The notes beneath the pieces are model-generated. The model saw only the letters and a list, made by a program, of their open reading frames with translations, was not told the origin of the DNA and did not search any database. Shown here one piece after another: positions 1-13,220 of a stretch of DNA of 64,000 nt. The stretch spans positions 24,394,035-24,458,034 of the forward strand of contig NC_057718.1 of assembly GCF_004010195.1 (NCBI RefSeq), read 5' to 3'. Origin of the DNA: Chiloscyllium plagiosum. Taxonomy: Eukaryota. Position 1 is the first letter of the stretch. Every line of letters begins with the position of its first letter. The position numbers were made by a program, and so were the translations under genes.

Positions 1-283
1 AATCCCGCACGAATATGGGTTTTATTACATCTGATGTTAACACATTCCGAGCATGTAAGAGACTTAAATATACACTCTGGTTAGTTGTAGGTTAGATTAG
101 TAGATAGTTGAGTTTTGTTTGTTTTTTTTCTTCTTTTTTTTTTGTTGTTGTGTTTTTTTTGTTAAATTTTGGCTATTGTATATTTGAGCTAATTGTATAT
201 CAATGTTTATATCTGAGAGTTTTGTTTATTTTTGTAAACTTGTAAAAATGTTAAATTTCTAATAAAAATATCTATAAAAAAAA
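1..283 (+). mobile_element. 3' end of a poly(A)-tailed LINE (L1/Tx1-like 3' UTR)
   Basis: T-rich tract, AATAAA at 261-266, then an A-tail ending at ~283. Confidence 0.5.
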
Positions 284-2629
284 GTTGGAATAAATTTTCA
301 GATATCAAAAACATGTTAACAGTCATATCAGATAATTTAGTAGCTGCAGCCATGGATCTTGGCTTGTGTGAACTTAATTATAGTGTCTTTATCTCATAGA
401 TTGTAATCTTAAAAATTGCAAGGAATAGGAGTTAAAACTTCATAGAGTCAGTAAGACAGAATTTTATCTTGCTTTTTAAAATGTATTTGACCATTGAAAG
501 AGGATTATGGATTCTGTTTGTTCTTCATTTAGTAGATTAAGGTGTTATATTGCTCCAACATACTTTACGACAGAATGGGAGGATGTAGAAAATGTAGCTC
601 AATTCCATACATAAGTCTGCTTCAAATGTCAGGAGAAGGAAGCTAGGTAAGAACTTTTAATCCTTCCATATGACAATGGAAAAAGAGAAACCCAAATGAA
701 CAGTTCTTTAACGAGTCAGCACAGCCACTATAAACTGGTAAACAACAAGCAGTTAAATCACCCTGGAACAATTTTCGCTGTCTCCTCCTATTCAAACTTT
801 TCACCAATAATACATACTTGCCAAAACTATCTAACACCCGAACATTGACCAACTAATAATGGGTGAGACTAATTTCATAACTTTTTTAAATGGATGATTT
901 CAAAACATATGTTTTTCTGACAATGGCTTCTTTATACCTAAATGATTACTTTTTGTTGTAAAGTTGAGAAGATACAGATCTTGAATTAAACATACAGTCA
1001 CCACTGGAACACAAGCATTCATTCAAAATTATTAAAGACCCATGACTCTCAAGTGCAATAGGCACCAGTAGTTTTGTCTGTCTTCAGTGTGGGTGGAGTC
1101 AGCAACATTATATCCAATCTGGATCAGTGAGTTATCACTATCTGGACAGTAGAAGTATTCATTATAGGGCATTGCCGTTACCAAAAATGTTATCATTTAG
1201 CAAGAATAAAGGTAAACTGTATATGAAAAGTTATGCTCCTTAACATGACCTTTCAAAAATTTACCTGCACTAAAAGTTGCCCCCCTCCCTCCTTTTACTG
1301 ACAACCTACTTCTTTGCAGCCTAAAGGAAATTACGGTGCCATCTGAGTGGCTTGTCTCAGTACTTCCACACTCCATCATTTCTACAAAAGAGTTAGAATC
1401 TGATTTGATGTGCATATTATATTTTTTTCATTGTTGTGAGCACATTTTGTTGATCCTGATGCTGTAGAGGAGATAACTTTTAACATAACAACGCTTTCAT
1501 ACCAGTTTGTTAGAATGTTATGCTGATGGACCTTGGTATACTCATGTTCTGGCAAGAGGTAAGCTATTGAGATATATAAATAGTTAATTTATTAAAAACA
1601 ATCAAAAAATTAGAATCAATTCAATGGATTTAAGTGCAAGGCTCCAGTCACAACGAATCGATTAGAATAAATGTGTATTATGAATTATGCAGATCTGAAT
1701 TTTCTAAGACATCATTTGGAGTGAAGTTCAGTCAGGAACTTAACATCAATTAAACTGGTTAGAATATAGAATATTTAGGTTAAAAATCACCTTCCCATTG
1801 AATTAACTTCAATTATCAATTATCCTTCAGCCTTTGCATGTAAATTTAGTCCTCAAACTTACTCTTCATAGAAGACAAAGATCTGACTAACTAGGTTGTC
1901 GTAGAGACAGCCATGGATGTTGTTACCATCATGATAAATATGGGCAATTGAATTTGAACTTGCATCATCTTATTATTGTACCCAAGACCTTTCATAGTCC
2001 AAATTCGTTTTTAAAAGAAATAAACATGTTCCTAAAATGCTGCAGTGGTCAACTAACTGCATATTGAGGCAATATTTTAAAACCAATGTGAAATAAATGA
2101 AATTGCCCGCACTGAGATTAGCATTTTTTTAATCAAAAGACATCAAAACTAGCTAACTGAGTAAGTGTCAAGACGTTCACTGCTCTTCGCAATTGCATGC
2201 TAATTTCACATGTTGGGAGATAAAAAGAAATGCCTGCCAGTTATAGCACCAGTTGGCCTGCCAACTGACCAGCTTGAAAAGATATTGGAACTAGACACTG
2301 GAATATATGTGGAATTATATTTCACCAACTGCTTTTGCACAGCAGAGCAGAAAGAAGGGAAAAGCAATTTGTGGCAACACAAGCAGAAACAGAGTCTGTT
2401 TGTCTCATCGTTTCTGAACATAACCCCAGTTTAACATGCAAACTGAGGAAACAGTCATTCAATGGTAACTCAAAGTAACTCATGGTATCTGCACATTCCA
2501 CTACTGCTGGGGATGAAAGTTAACCATGAAACAGCTGTCCTCTTGAGCTAAGAATCTAACACCCTAAGGACTATTCGGACTGTTTAACTTTATTTTCCCT
2601 GAGTGTACGGTGTACAGATCCCATGCAAC

Positions 2630-2836
2630 TTCTACATTATCCTGACGTGGAAATATTCATGCCATTCCTTCATAGTCACTAGTCAAAATCCTGGAACTTC
2701 CTCTCCATGTCTCTACATCTCAAGGATGGTAGTGTCTCAAGAAGGTAGCTCACCACTGTCTACTCCCGAGTGATTGGGAATGAGTAATAAATGTTGATCC
2801 GGCCAGTGACACCCATGTCCCATGAATTAATAAAAA
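2630..2836 (+). mobile_element. CR1-Zenon-like LINE 3' tail fragment
   Basis: Matches the 3' end of the 43.3-46.3 kb element (aataaatgttg...gccagtgacacccatgtcccatgaat). Confidence 0.7.
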
Positions 2837-4759
2837 GCACTTCCCCTTTTAAACTTACTACCTATGTGTGTATGTGTAATTGTTGTTGTATTTGATTTGC
2901 TTTTTCTTTGAGTTGGTGGATAACAAAATTCCTCTTTCATTTGTTCAAAACCTTGGTAATTGGCTCCTTAATTTTCTGATGAGCTACACTTTTAATTGAA
3001 ATAGTTACTTGCAGAAAAGAAATAAGAAAAGGCCAAGCAGGGATTCAGGAAAAGTGAGTTGATTTTGTTTTTTGCTTCCTCATTGGGCTATGGCGATGTT
3101 GATAAAGCTGATAGTGATACAGTTGGCTGAGAGACTCTGGTTTACCTAGTTGCTAGGTGTCGTCTTAGAGGATGACTTGTTTTCACTCCATTCTGAAATG
3201 GCTGGCAAGTTCAATGTGTGATCTGTAGACTCTGACCCATGGACTATTTGAATATTTGTGTACTTGCTGTGATGTCTTAATGAAGCATCTGCACTCTGTC
3301 TCATTGGAGTCTCTTGATATGTTCAGTGTCTTCACCACTTCAGCTGGTCATAAGTCAAGGTCTCATGAGTCACCAAATATGTTTGATCATTTCAAGGAGG
3401 TTTCAAGGACAACCCTTAAGTGTTTACATTTTCATCCTGGCAATCTTTTGCACCAAAGCAGTTCCAATCTCCTGCACCAAATATTGCTTCAAGTATCTGT
3501 TGGCAGTCGTATGAACAATGCGTCTGATTTGGTAGAATTGGTATCAATTGATTATTGGCTTTATGCTGGGTAGCTTGGTTTAGGAGAGAAAGCTGCTTTG
3601 GACCTTCCCTCCACAGGATTTGGAAGATCTTGCTAAAACACTGCTGGCGTTACTTATCCAGTGCTTTGAGGTACCTGTAGCAGATTGCCCAACTCCAAAG
3701 CATAGCACAAAGGATTGAGAGGTCACAGCTCCCCATGACAGTCTCAGGTTTGAAATCCAGTGGGAGCTGGATGGGTAAACATTTTAGTTTTCCAAGTGCT
3801 TAGTGAAAGGCCCATTGTCTCATTGGCTAATAGTAAAATCTCTACTAAAATAGTAAAAACATCTCTAAAGATAAAGAATAAAATTCTTTGAGGTACACAT
3901 AATATTTGAATTAAACAGGCTTATCCATAAGAAGGGATATTCATGTGTGACCATGAAGGAGTGAAAAAACAAAATTTGCAGATATTTATGACTCTTCAAG
4001 TAGTTAATTCTGTTACTGAGCCTTGATATATCAGACTTATTGGATGACTGAAAAATGATCTGAAAAGAACAGATAACTTTATCTTGAGGATCACATTGGC
4101 TCAATTGTAGCCATATGCAGGATCGGAGAGTATTGTTAGGTTCAGAAAAATCTCTGCTAGCATTGCTTTCATCAATTTTATATGGCTTTCTACCAAATAC
4201 CTCACACAATCCTGATAAAGAAGCCGGAAGGTATGAAGGTACATGTTTTAATCTTGGATTTTATCTATGTTCTCGATCCAGTGTTTAAAAGAAAAGAGTG
4301 AGATAGGGTTATTCATTGTTATTTGTCTTAGTGTATATATTAATCACATGATGGATAGCATCATAAGAAGCAGTCCCAGAATAACTTTATTTTTGAGTTG
4401 GACTGCTGCTTTTCATAAATTATCATCTTTTGTCAGGCTTACTTGATCTAGTACTGCTTTACTGAACTAGTAAGGTAAGGTGTATTGACTATGAATCATA
4501 AGCCCAGATCACCTAAAATTATTTTTTTGTAAATTAAAGGACTGATATAACCAAATGATACTGGATATAAATCCACTTGCTGTCTCGAGGGGAATCTTGG
4601 ATAGTCTCAAACAAGCTTCAAAGAGAGAAATCTCACAGACTGCAGACATGATGGTAAAGAGTAGACACTTTGGGAGACATGTTTGCATTTACCCCTTCCA
4701 AATATTACCAAGATTAAATCGAGCATCAATCCTGATACTCTCTTAGTATCCTGTTATAA

Positions 4760-5375
4760 AGTCATAGAGTCCGATAGCAGAGAGACAAGCCCTTTGGCCC
4801 AAACTGGTCCATGTTGACCAAAATGTCCACCTCGGCTAACACCATTTCCCTGCACTTGGCTCATATCCTTCTAAACTTTTCCTATCCATCTATTTGTCCA
4901 AATGCCTTTTAAATCTTTTTAATGTACCTGCCTCAATAACTTCTGCCAGCAATTCATTCCATATGTGTCTGTGTAAACAAAAAAAAAGTTGCCCGTCAGG
5001 TTCCCTTTATTTTTTCCCCTCGAACCTTTAAACCAATGCCCTCTACTCCTCAATTCCCCAAACCTGGGAAAAAGACTGAGTGCATTCATCCTATCCATAC
5101 CACTCCTGTTCTTAAACATTTCTGTAAGATGCCTTCTTATTCTCCTATGCTGTAAAGAAAGGTGTCCTAGCTTGTCCAACCTCTCCCTATAGCTCAGACT
5201 GTTGAGTTCTGGCAACATCCTTGTAAATTTCTTCTGCACTCTTTCCAGTTTAATAACATTCTTCCTATAGCAACATGACCAAAACTGAACACATCTCCAA
5301 GTGTAGCCTCACCAATGTCATGTGCAACAGTGGCATAACTTTCCAACTTCTATTCTGAATGCCCTGTTGTCCAAG
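4760..5375 (-). mobile_element. CR1/HER1 LINE 3' fragment
   Basis: ORF 4919-5239 has ORF2 C-terminal motifs: QKKFTRMLPEL..LSYRERLDKLG, RSRGHWFK, GNFF. Confidence 0.85.
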
Positions 5376-6053
5376 TGTACAGAATAGTGTTCTATGAAGA
5401 TTACAACTTTGAAAACACGCATTAAAACATCCCTGCTCATAAAGAATGGGAAAACCTCTGAGGGCTGCCAGCTAGCCACTTTTGACACAAACCTGAACAA
5501 AGTGATTTCAATAAATCTGCAATACCAAGAATCTGCAGATCAACTGTTCGACTACAAACAGCAACATGATAACTAAAATCTGATGTAACAATTATCATAT
5601 TTGACTGTCCACTCTTTTTATGGTCAAGCAAAATCAATTTTTTTTTCAACTCTTTTAGACTTCTTTCTACCTCCTCATTTCTGTATGCATGTTGCATAAA
5701 AATTTGATCTTGGGTTTAAAATGAATAAACTGTCCATTATTGGAATATTTAATTATTTCCCTATGTTGCACATAACACATCAAGTTGTTGCCTTTGAATA
5801 GATGCGCTCACCTGGAACGGCGGTGAAAGCTCATCGATGATGTTGCCATGTGCTAGGTAATGTTGATTTCTGTCAAAGCACAACTGTTGCTGCCTACTTT
5901 CAGGTAGTTAGGTTTCTGTATTAGTTTGACAACCTGTGCCTAAACATTCCTGATTTAAGGAGTGTACTGTACCCACATAGGAAAAGGTAAGTTCTTTGTA
6001 TAAAACACACAAACTCAAAATATCATTTATTTTTGAAATTTCATAACCCTATT

Positions 6054-6402
6054 GGTAGCACGGTGGCTCTGTGATTAGCACTGATGCCTCACAGCGCCAG
6101 GAACTCGGGTTTGTTTCCACCTTCAACTGCCTGTATGGAGTTTGCACATTCTCTCCATGTGCATGTGGATTTCCTCCTGGTGTTCTGGCTTCCTCCCACA
6201 GTCCAAAGATGTGCAGGTTGGGTGAATTGGCCATGCTAAATTGCCCACAGTGTCCAGGGATGTGCAGGCTAGGTGGATTAGCCATGGGAAATGCTGGGTT
6301 TCAGGGCTAGGATAGTGGATGGATCTAAGTGGGGTGCTCTTCGGAGGGTTGGTGTGGACTTGATGGACCGAATGGCCTCTGTCTGCACAGTAGGGATTCT
6401 AT
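6054..6402 (+). mobile_element. HE1 / V-SINE
   Basis: tRNA-like head, V-domain tggagtttgcacattctc...tcctcccacagtccaaagatgtgcagg, and CR1-derived tail. Confidence 0.9.
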
Positions 6403-8224
6403 TGATGTGCTTCAGCTATCAGAATAATGCTCAATAACATCTCTAAATTGTTAGCATTTATGCTAAGGTTTTGTCACATGTTATAACAGGATTTATGATT
6501 GATTATGTTTTCTTAATTTTTGAAACCTCAGTTAGACCATCCTGAAAACCGGCGACAGCTGAACGTAAGTTTGTAGGTGGTAGAGGCTGGAGTCTGACCA
6601 ACAAAGTGTTGAAATAGAGGTAACAAAGATATTGATGAGGTCTATGGGATCATGTTCAATAGCAACCGGAATCAGTGAGTGGGGGAAAATAGTCTCTTTA
6701 TTGAGCATCCACAGGAGTCGGCGATGGAATCCAAAGCACAGTTTTGCAGTAGCCTCTCTTATGCACAGTTTTTACATAGATTGAAATTTTAACACTGTCG
6801 TGTCACATAGTTGTCCCTATTGTACACAAGTTTGTGTGACATCTGTCCTGAGGAAGCAGGTGATAGTTTAAGCACTTGCTAAATGCTGGCTGTTACTCCT
6901 AATGTCTGTCTAGTCTGAGCTTATATGATTAAGAGGGGTCAATCCTTTTGTCTTTTAAGTTAGTAATATTAATAAAAACACTGTTTATATGATCTAAATA
7001 AGTGAGAAATTACATGTGTATGAAATAAAAGTATATTAAACTGATCTCCTGCAGTTGGGCCATGAGATTTCATCTACTACAGCTGGTTTTTGACAGTTCC
7101 TACGTATTCATTCATGCAATTTCATGGAAGTGCTGTTTTGATAGGAAGTTTCTTAAAGGGGGAGGAAGTGGCCCTAAACATCTGTACGATAGTACAATAT
7201 TATAGTCCTAAATAAAAGCTAGGAATGGGTAGTACAATGTTATAGAAATAGGTAATATATGATGAAATCTCAGAGATAAAAAAGCAGCAGACTGTAGGGA
7301 CATACTGGTGGAGGAAACGGTGCTTGACGTCCTGCAGCCTATTCAGGTCCCAAGAGACAGTTACAACGAGCTAATTGATTTTATAATCTTTCCATAACTT
7401 TCTTGAAACTATGAAGACACAAAGATAGGGTGGCATTGCTCTGAGTAGGTTACAGTATATTAGTGAGGGATAACCTTTGACACACAAACAGGTCTAAACA
7501 CTGCTTGCAGCATGGGGCCGACAAGAATAGAAAGGTGTAAAGAAATAATAATGGGTTGGCAGCCGAGGAAGGGAAGTTTTAATTAATTTATCTTGTAAGA
7601 GTAAAATGAACTTACAAAAATGCTGTTTTAGGCATGAATGAATGTAAATGCAGTGTAGCAAACATAGAACATTTGTGAGTGAATTAGTAAAGAGAATCAT
7701 AGTACAATATTTCACAGGATTAAGTAACAGGTGAACTGAGATGGATGAGATTGAATGATGTTACAAAAGAAAAAGTAGATGGCATGGATATGCATGCATA
7801 CCAACATGCGCACATACCAGCAAACAGATTATTAGCAGAGATAGACCATTCAATCCCTCGAGCCCGTTCCATTATTTGACAAGATCACGGTTAATCTAAT
7901 CCTTGCCTCAACTATACTTTCCTATTTGTCCCCTTGTATCCTTAGATTTTGGTTGACAATTGAATCAGTTAAACTTGAGCTTAAAAATTGCCTGCCTCCC
8001 TTCTTCTTTAGGAAGGTAATTCCATAGACTGATAACTAAGAAACATTTGTTCACTCAGGATAGTGAATCTATAGTATTCTTTGTCTGAGTGGCCTCAGGA
8101 AGCTCAGACACAGATGTTTGTTGTGAATGTACTCCACAGGCTTCAGGTAGTAATGCCATAATGGTGTATGGCAAGAGCAATGGTCTTGAGGGGGGTGATC
8201 AGCCATCTTTATTTTTGAAAATCA

Positions 8225-8555
8225 TCCTTGGGATATGAATTTACTGCTGGGAGAGTGTTTATTGACCATCCCTAATTGCCCTGGAGCTGAGTGGCTTATT
8301 GAGCCATTTCAGAAGGTAGTTAAGAGCCAACCATATTGCTGTGGGTCCGGAATTGCACCTGGACCAGACCAGGTAAGGATGCCGGATTTCCATCACTGAG
8401 GGGCACATGTGAACTTTATTTGGTAACCAATAACTACAATTTTTAAAAATTGAATTAAAATTTCATTTTCTCCCTTGACGACATGATTCGAGCCAATTTC
8501 CTCAGATTATTTGTCTAGGATTCTGGAGTGATATAACCACTATGTGACCATTTCC
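8225..8555 (-). mobile_element. Non-autonomous bipartite derivative of the Zenon-like LINE (tRNA-like head + 5' UTR + 3' tail)
   Basis: The reverse complement matches 43345-43540 joined to the 46200-46280 tail. Confidence 0.65.
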
Positions 8556-9487
8556 CCTTAAGGTCCAGACTGGTGAGGCTAATATCAAGGGGCTGAATGA
8601 CCCATGCCTGCTCTTATGTTGCTTATAAAAAGCAAAACATAATGCTCCACCTTTCTTAAGCTGGAGATTGCTTATGTTTAAACTGTGACTCCCAATATAT
8701 CATCTCTGTCATAAGAGGAAGCAATTTCCCAGCATCCATACTGTAAAATGCTCTCCAGATCTTACATTCTTCAATATAATAACTTCTAAATCTTCTAAAC
8801 TCCAATTGATACATACCCAGCCCATTCAACCATTTCCCCGTAAGGCAAGCCTTCATACCACGTGGACCATGGTATGCTGAGCTGCCTTTGCACTGTTTCT
8901 AATACAATAAATAGTGTTCCCTATGATACTTAGATTGTAGTCTGTTTACAGTGTTGGTTGAGGGTAGGAGTTGGTGTTCATGTTATATAGAGTCAGGATT
9001 TGGATTGCTGTTGGATTTCATCTACTCTGTCTAATTGCTTAGAACCATTTTGTTTCTCATTTCTCAAACAAAGGACCTTGCATGCCAGAGTAGAAAAAGC
9101 AATCTTAAAAAAAGAGAAGCAAAGACCAGCTCGTTTGTTTTCTGACCTGTGAACTTTCTCACCAAACAGCAATTAATCTCTGACCTCAATAACGTAGCTA
9201 CTTGCCAAAAGGGAGTACTTGAACAGTGATCTTACTAGACAAGCCAGATTAGTAGCTAAACATCACAGCCTTTATCCAGACTCCAGACTGATGCCTCTCT
9301 TCTCATGGGAAACTATTTAGTTGAATAAATAATCTACACCGTCAAATGTGAAATTTTATGATACTACATTAGGGAGACCAATAGAAATCCAAAATGCAGC
9401 AAAAGATTTTAATTGTTTCTTCAGCTGGCCAGACAAATTAGATTTAATACTGGCAAATATGGAATGTTGCAACTTAGGGAGAATGAT

Positions 9488-9489
<2 letters not shown>

Positions 9490-9521
<32 letters not shown>
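9490..9521. repeat. (AT)n microsatellite
   Basis: Direct reading. Confidence 0.95.
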
Positions 9522-9528
<7 letters not shown>

Positions 9529-10758
9529 ACAGGGAAAAATAATTGGAATCCTGTTAATTTCGTAGAATACAGGACCAGGGAGGAATGACTGACTTCTCAT
9601 TATTGATATCTGTTTTACAAGTCAAGTGTTGTGATCTTTCTAAATCTTTTTTTTTTCTCTTGTTTTCATGGGAGTTGTGTGATTTCAATGTTCTGGTGTC
9701 TTTCAGAGTTCAGGTATATAAGACGCTATCCAGCTTTATCTCCACTGTGTACCTTAACAGTAAGAGCCTGCATTCTTTCTTTCCAAAGCCTGTATTCCTT
9801 GACACATTTCCATATATGGTGATACTTTGCAAGATGAGAGTCATCTACATTCATAGGAAAACTGGCTGTCACATTGTATGAGATTTGAATAAGTATCTGA
9901 ATTCTGCCAAATTGTAAGATTCTTTCCCCTGCGACTAAACCACCGCAGTCAAAGTCTCTTGACACACATAGCTGAGCAAATCGTTTGTGGGCTGCCACTG
10001 GATGGGGTATTGTATCTTAGCATGTGTCAAGATTTCACAGCATCACAGTTGAGGAAGATGCATTTTTGCAGACTGTCATGACACCAGTTTTCATTGGTGT
10101 TAGTTTACTTAGAGAAGCCATTAAAGCCCACACGTGGAAGGTGGTGTCAGAAGTGGACAGTTAAAAATTGTGTGGATCTTGGAAGGTGTAAGAGAGCTTG
10201 TTGATGTTAGAAGTAGCAAGGAATACTTTAGAACTGCAATCTGCAACTTACTGTTACTGGAGGAGTCCGGATGGCTTTGAAATTTCCAGTCTCAGTCCGT
10301 GGAGGTGAATGACTGTATGAGACAGTATTGCTTCTTTCAGAGTTGGTACCAAAGTTGAGAATGCTTTAGAACTGAGCAGAAAACTTGAACACAGAAGAGT
10401 AGCAAATGTGCTATCAGTACTGTGGAAAGAATGCTAATATCTATTGCACCTTTAAACCGCAGTAAGGAATAGAAAAGCTGGACTGGAGAAATATTGAAAG
10501 CTTTGAAGACCTATTTTGATCCATCAACCGTCCATGTGTAACAGCTCAACTCAAAACAAATTAAGGAATATTAGCAGAGCAGTCAGAAAAAGATCAAAGC
10601 CATAGGAGAAAATGTAACTATTGTGGAGGACATCCCATATAAGAAAAGTATATAGTCCTAGAGTGGGGAAAGCAGACTTTTAACTGCATGGCGCTAAATC
10701 ACTTATTGTATGAAAGTGCTTGCGAGAAAGGAGAAACAAAACCTGTTAAGTTGGTAAC

Positions 10759-10934
10759 CAAAAGAGAAAATGCTGGAAAATCTCAGCAGGTCTGGCAGCA
10801 TCTGTAAGGGGATAAAAGAGCTGACGTTTCGAGTCGAGCTGACGTTTCGAGTCTAACTGACCCTTTGTCAAAGCTGGTCAAAGCATTTTCTCTTTTGGTT
10901 TCAGATTCCAGCATCTGCAGTAATTTGCTTTTAT
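10759..10934. mobile_element. Penelope-derived inverted-repeat mini-insertion
   Basis: Arms aaccaaaagagaaaatgct / agcattttctcttttggtt. TSD cctgttaagtt(g/t)gt(a/c)ac at 10742-10758 and 10935-10951. Internal tandem duplication of gagctgacgtttcgagtc. Confidence 0.8.
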
Positions 10935-11356
10935 CCTGTTAAGTTTGTCACTAGATGGATGTCAGATGATCATTCTAACAAATTAGTTTGTACTCAAGGG
11001 AACATATACCTTGCAGTCCTGCAGTTAATCAGTGTAACTTATGTGCTGCGATCTACCTATATCCAGGTGGACTGCAGTTCAAGAAGGCCACTTGCTACCA
11101 CCTTCTCAAGGCCAACTAAGGATAGGCAGTAAATGCTGGCCAGCCAGTGATGCCCACGACACACACATGAATTTTTTTCAAAATAATGTTAACATCGGGT
11201 CGAGAGTTGATAAATATTTTTGTGACTGTTAGAATGATGACTGCAGAAGGAGAGCATCAAGTGAACATGAAGTGCCAACGTAGACACTGGTGCTGCAGGC
11301 AACATTCTGAGCTTTGCAGACCTGTGTAAATAGATCATGATGATGACCCAACAAGC

Positions 11357-11432
11357 GCGTCGGTGTGGACTTGTTGGGCCGAAGGGCCTGTTTCCACACT
11401 GAGTAATCTAATCTAATCTAATCTAATCTAAT
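11357..11432 (+). mobile_element. 5'-truncated HE1/HER1 tail with (AATCT)n
   Basis: tcggtgtggacttgttgggccgaagggcctgtttccacactg followed by (aatct)5. Confidence 0.85.
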
Positions 11433-11749
11433 GAAGCCAGCACAGATAAAGTTGGGGCAATAGGATATAACACTGCTCATTTTAAGAAGGAAAACTAAGT
11501 TGTGAGCCCATTGTAATGGGAAGAGGGAATCTGCAGTTCCTGATAGTTGACATCAAGTAATGTCCACTTGTCTCTGTTAAAACAAGTCTAAAACATGGAC
11601 TGGTAACCTTACATTTACTAGAAGAGATGTGCAACATTTTGCAGGACATCATGCCATTACCGTTTGAGCCATTATTTTTCAAAACAGTAAAAGATTTTTT
11701 GCACAGCTATTGGATTCCTCCCCAGTAAGCAGCATCTCATACTAGATGA

Positions 11750-11795
11750 GTGTGTGTGTGTGTGTGTGTGGTGGGGGGTGGGGGGTGGGGGGGGG
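11750..11795. repeat. (GT)n microsatellite followed by G-runs
   Basis: (GT)10 then G6TG6TG9. Confidence 0.95.
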
Positions 11796-12329
11796 AGGAG
11801 AGATCACTTCACTTCAGCATCTCTCCATCTGAGAATTCCAGCTACTCTCCAATCCAGCCTGAAAGACAAGAAAGAGAAGTTAAAAAAGAAGGGAGTAAAG
11901 AATGTGACTCCTGCAGTCTGGGTTAGCAGAATTGGTAGCAGTGAAGAAACCAGGAAAGCTGAAAGTGTGCATAGATCAAAACAATCTCTGTAGAACTTTT
12001 AAGTGATCTCACTCCCCATGATAACTGTTGAAGAAAAGTTTCCACAACTTGTCCGTATCTATCCTGGCATCGAGAATAGTTCAGACCTTTTTTGGTAAAT
12101 GAAGATTGATAAAAGAATGTTGTTTTCTGGCAACATTCTAGGCTCAATTTGCAATGGGAAATACATATGATTGCTCGTGCCATTTGGCATTTCTACTGCT
12201 CCAGAACTGTATACCTTGACAGTATGTGGCAGAATATCTGCTAGTCCGTGGATGCTGTGACACTATGGAAGAAGCCAGTTCAGACCATGATCAGAATCTA
12301 AACAACTGCTAGAGAGTTCTTCAAATTAA

Positions 12330-12818
12330 GGCCCCAAAGGAGACTTGTGCCCACACCATCCCCCTCACCTCCCTCCAAGGCCCCAAAGGAAACTTCCATA
12401 TCCGCCACAGATTCACCTGCACCTCCACACACATCCTCTATTGCATCCTCTGCACCCGATGTGGCCTCCTCTATATTGGGGAGACAGGCCGGCTACTTGC
12501 GGAGCGTTTCAGAGAACACCTCTGGGACACCCGGACCAACCAACCCAACCACCCTGTGGCTCAACACTTCAACTCCCCCTCCCACTCCACCAAGGATATG
12601 CAGGTCCTTGGACTCCTCCATCGCCAGACCACAACAAAACGACGATTGGAGGAAGAGCGCCTCATCTTCCACCTAGGAACCCTCCAACCACAAGGGATGA
12701 ACAAGGATTTCACCAGTTTCCTCATTTCCCATCCCCCCACCTTGTCTCAGTCAAATCCATCGAATTCAGCACCCTGGATGCTGCCTGACCTGCTGCGCTT
12801 TTCCAGCAACACATTTTC
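12330..12818 (+). mobile_element. Penelope-like element 3' fragment encoding a GIY-YIG endonuclease
   Basis: Open frame from 12343 reads TCAH...FTCTSTHILYCILCTRCGLLYIGETGRLLAERFREH...PVAQHFNSPSH...EERLIFHLGTLQPQGMN. 15-bp TSD agttcttcaaattaa at 12315-12329 and 12819-12833. Confidence 0.92.
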
Positions 12819-12857
12819 AGTTCTTCAAATTAACCCAAAGCTGAGCAATAAGATGAT

Positions 12858-13220
12858 GATTTGGAGATGTCAGTGTTGGACTGGGGTGTACAAAGTTTAA
12901 AAATCACACAACACCAGGCTATAGTCCAACAGGTTTAATTGAAAGCACTAGCTTTGAAAGTGCTGCTTCTTCGTCAGGTCGTTGTGAGGCAGGACCATAA
13001 GATGCAGAATTTACAGCAAAGGATTACAGTGTCATGTAGCTGAAATGATATATTGACCAAATCTATAGTCTTTCATCTTTTAGAATGGGTTTGCTGGTTT
13101 TGTTTCTTTAATATGTAAATCCCAGAACTACTTTTAAGTCTCATTTTCAAGGTAACTTAAAGTTTTACAACAAAAGGTGCCATCTCAGCTCATTAAAGGT
13201 GTGAGGTTAAAGTCTGCCTG
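12858..13220 (-). mobile_element. Second Penelope-like family, terminal fragment with degenerate hammerhead core
   Basis: Minus strand at 12948-12978 reads CTGACGA-AGAAGCAGCACTTT-CAAAGCTAG (GAAA mutated to CAAA). Confidence 0.55.

Larger units (their letters stand above)
10142..12850 (+). mobile_element. Decayed Gypsy/Ty3 LTR retrotransposon internal region (PBS-gag-protease-RT)
   Basis: PBS TGGTGTCAGAAGTGG (10142-10156, complementary to the tRNA-Leu 3' end), Zn-knuckle remnant NCMALNH at ~10682-10702, protease VDTGAAGNIL from 11280, RT VAVKKPGKLKVCID at ~11935 and PFGISTAPE at ~12180. Many stops, frameshifts and nested insertions. Confidence 0.8.

Noticed and set aside
5900..5992. Strong donor AAG|GTAAGT as a possible upstream FMN2 exon
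   Set aside because: The required phase contains a TAA stop and shows no FH2 similarity. I found no further FMN2 exon in 1-22981, so it probably lies upstream of the window.
6054..6130. tRNA-like sequences here and at other SINE heads
   Set aside because: Each continues into a SINE body and lacks an intact cloverleaf, so none is called as a tRNA gene.
6480..7040. Possible solo LTR (also 21290-21900)
   Set aside because: A minus-strand AATAAA and LTR-like composition are present, but I could not define TG...CA ends or TSDs.
12345..12788. Pro/Ser-rich ORFs 12345-12788 and 12347-12676
   Set aside because: Alternative frames of the C-rich Penelope endonuclease sequence.
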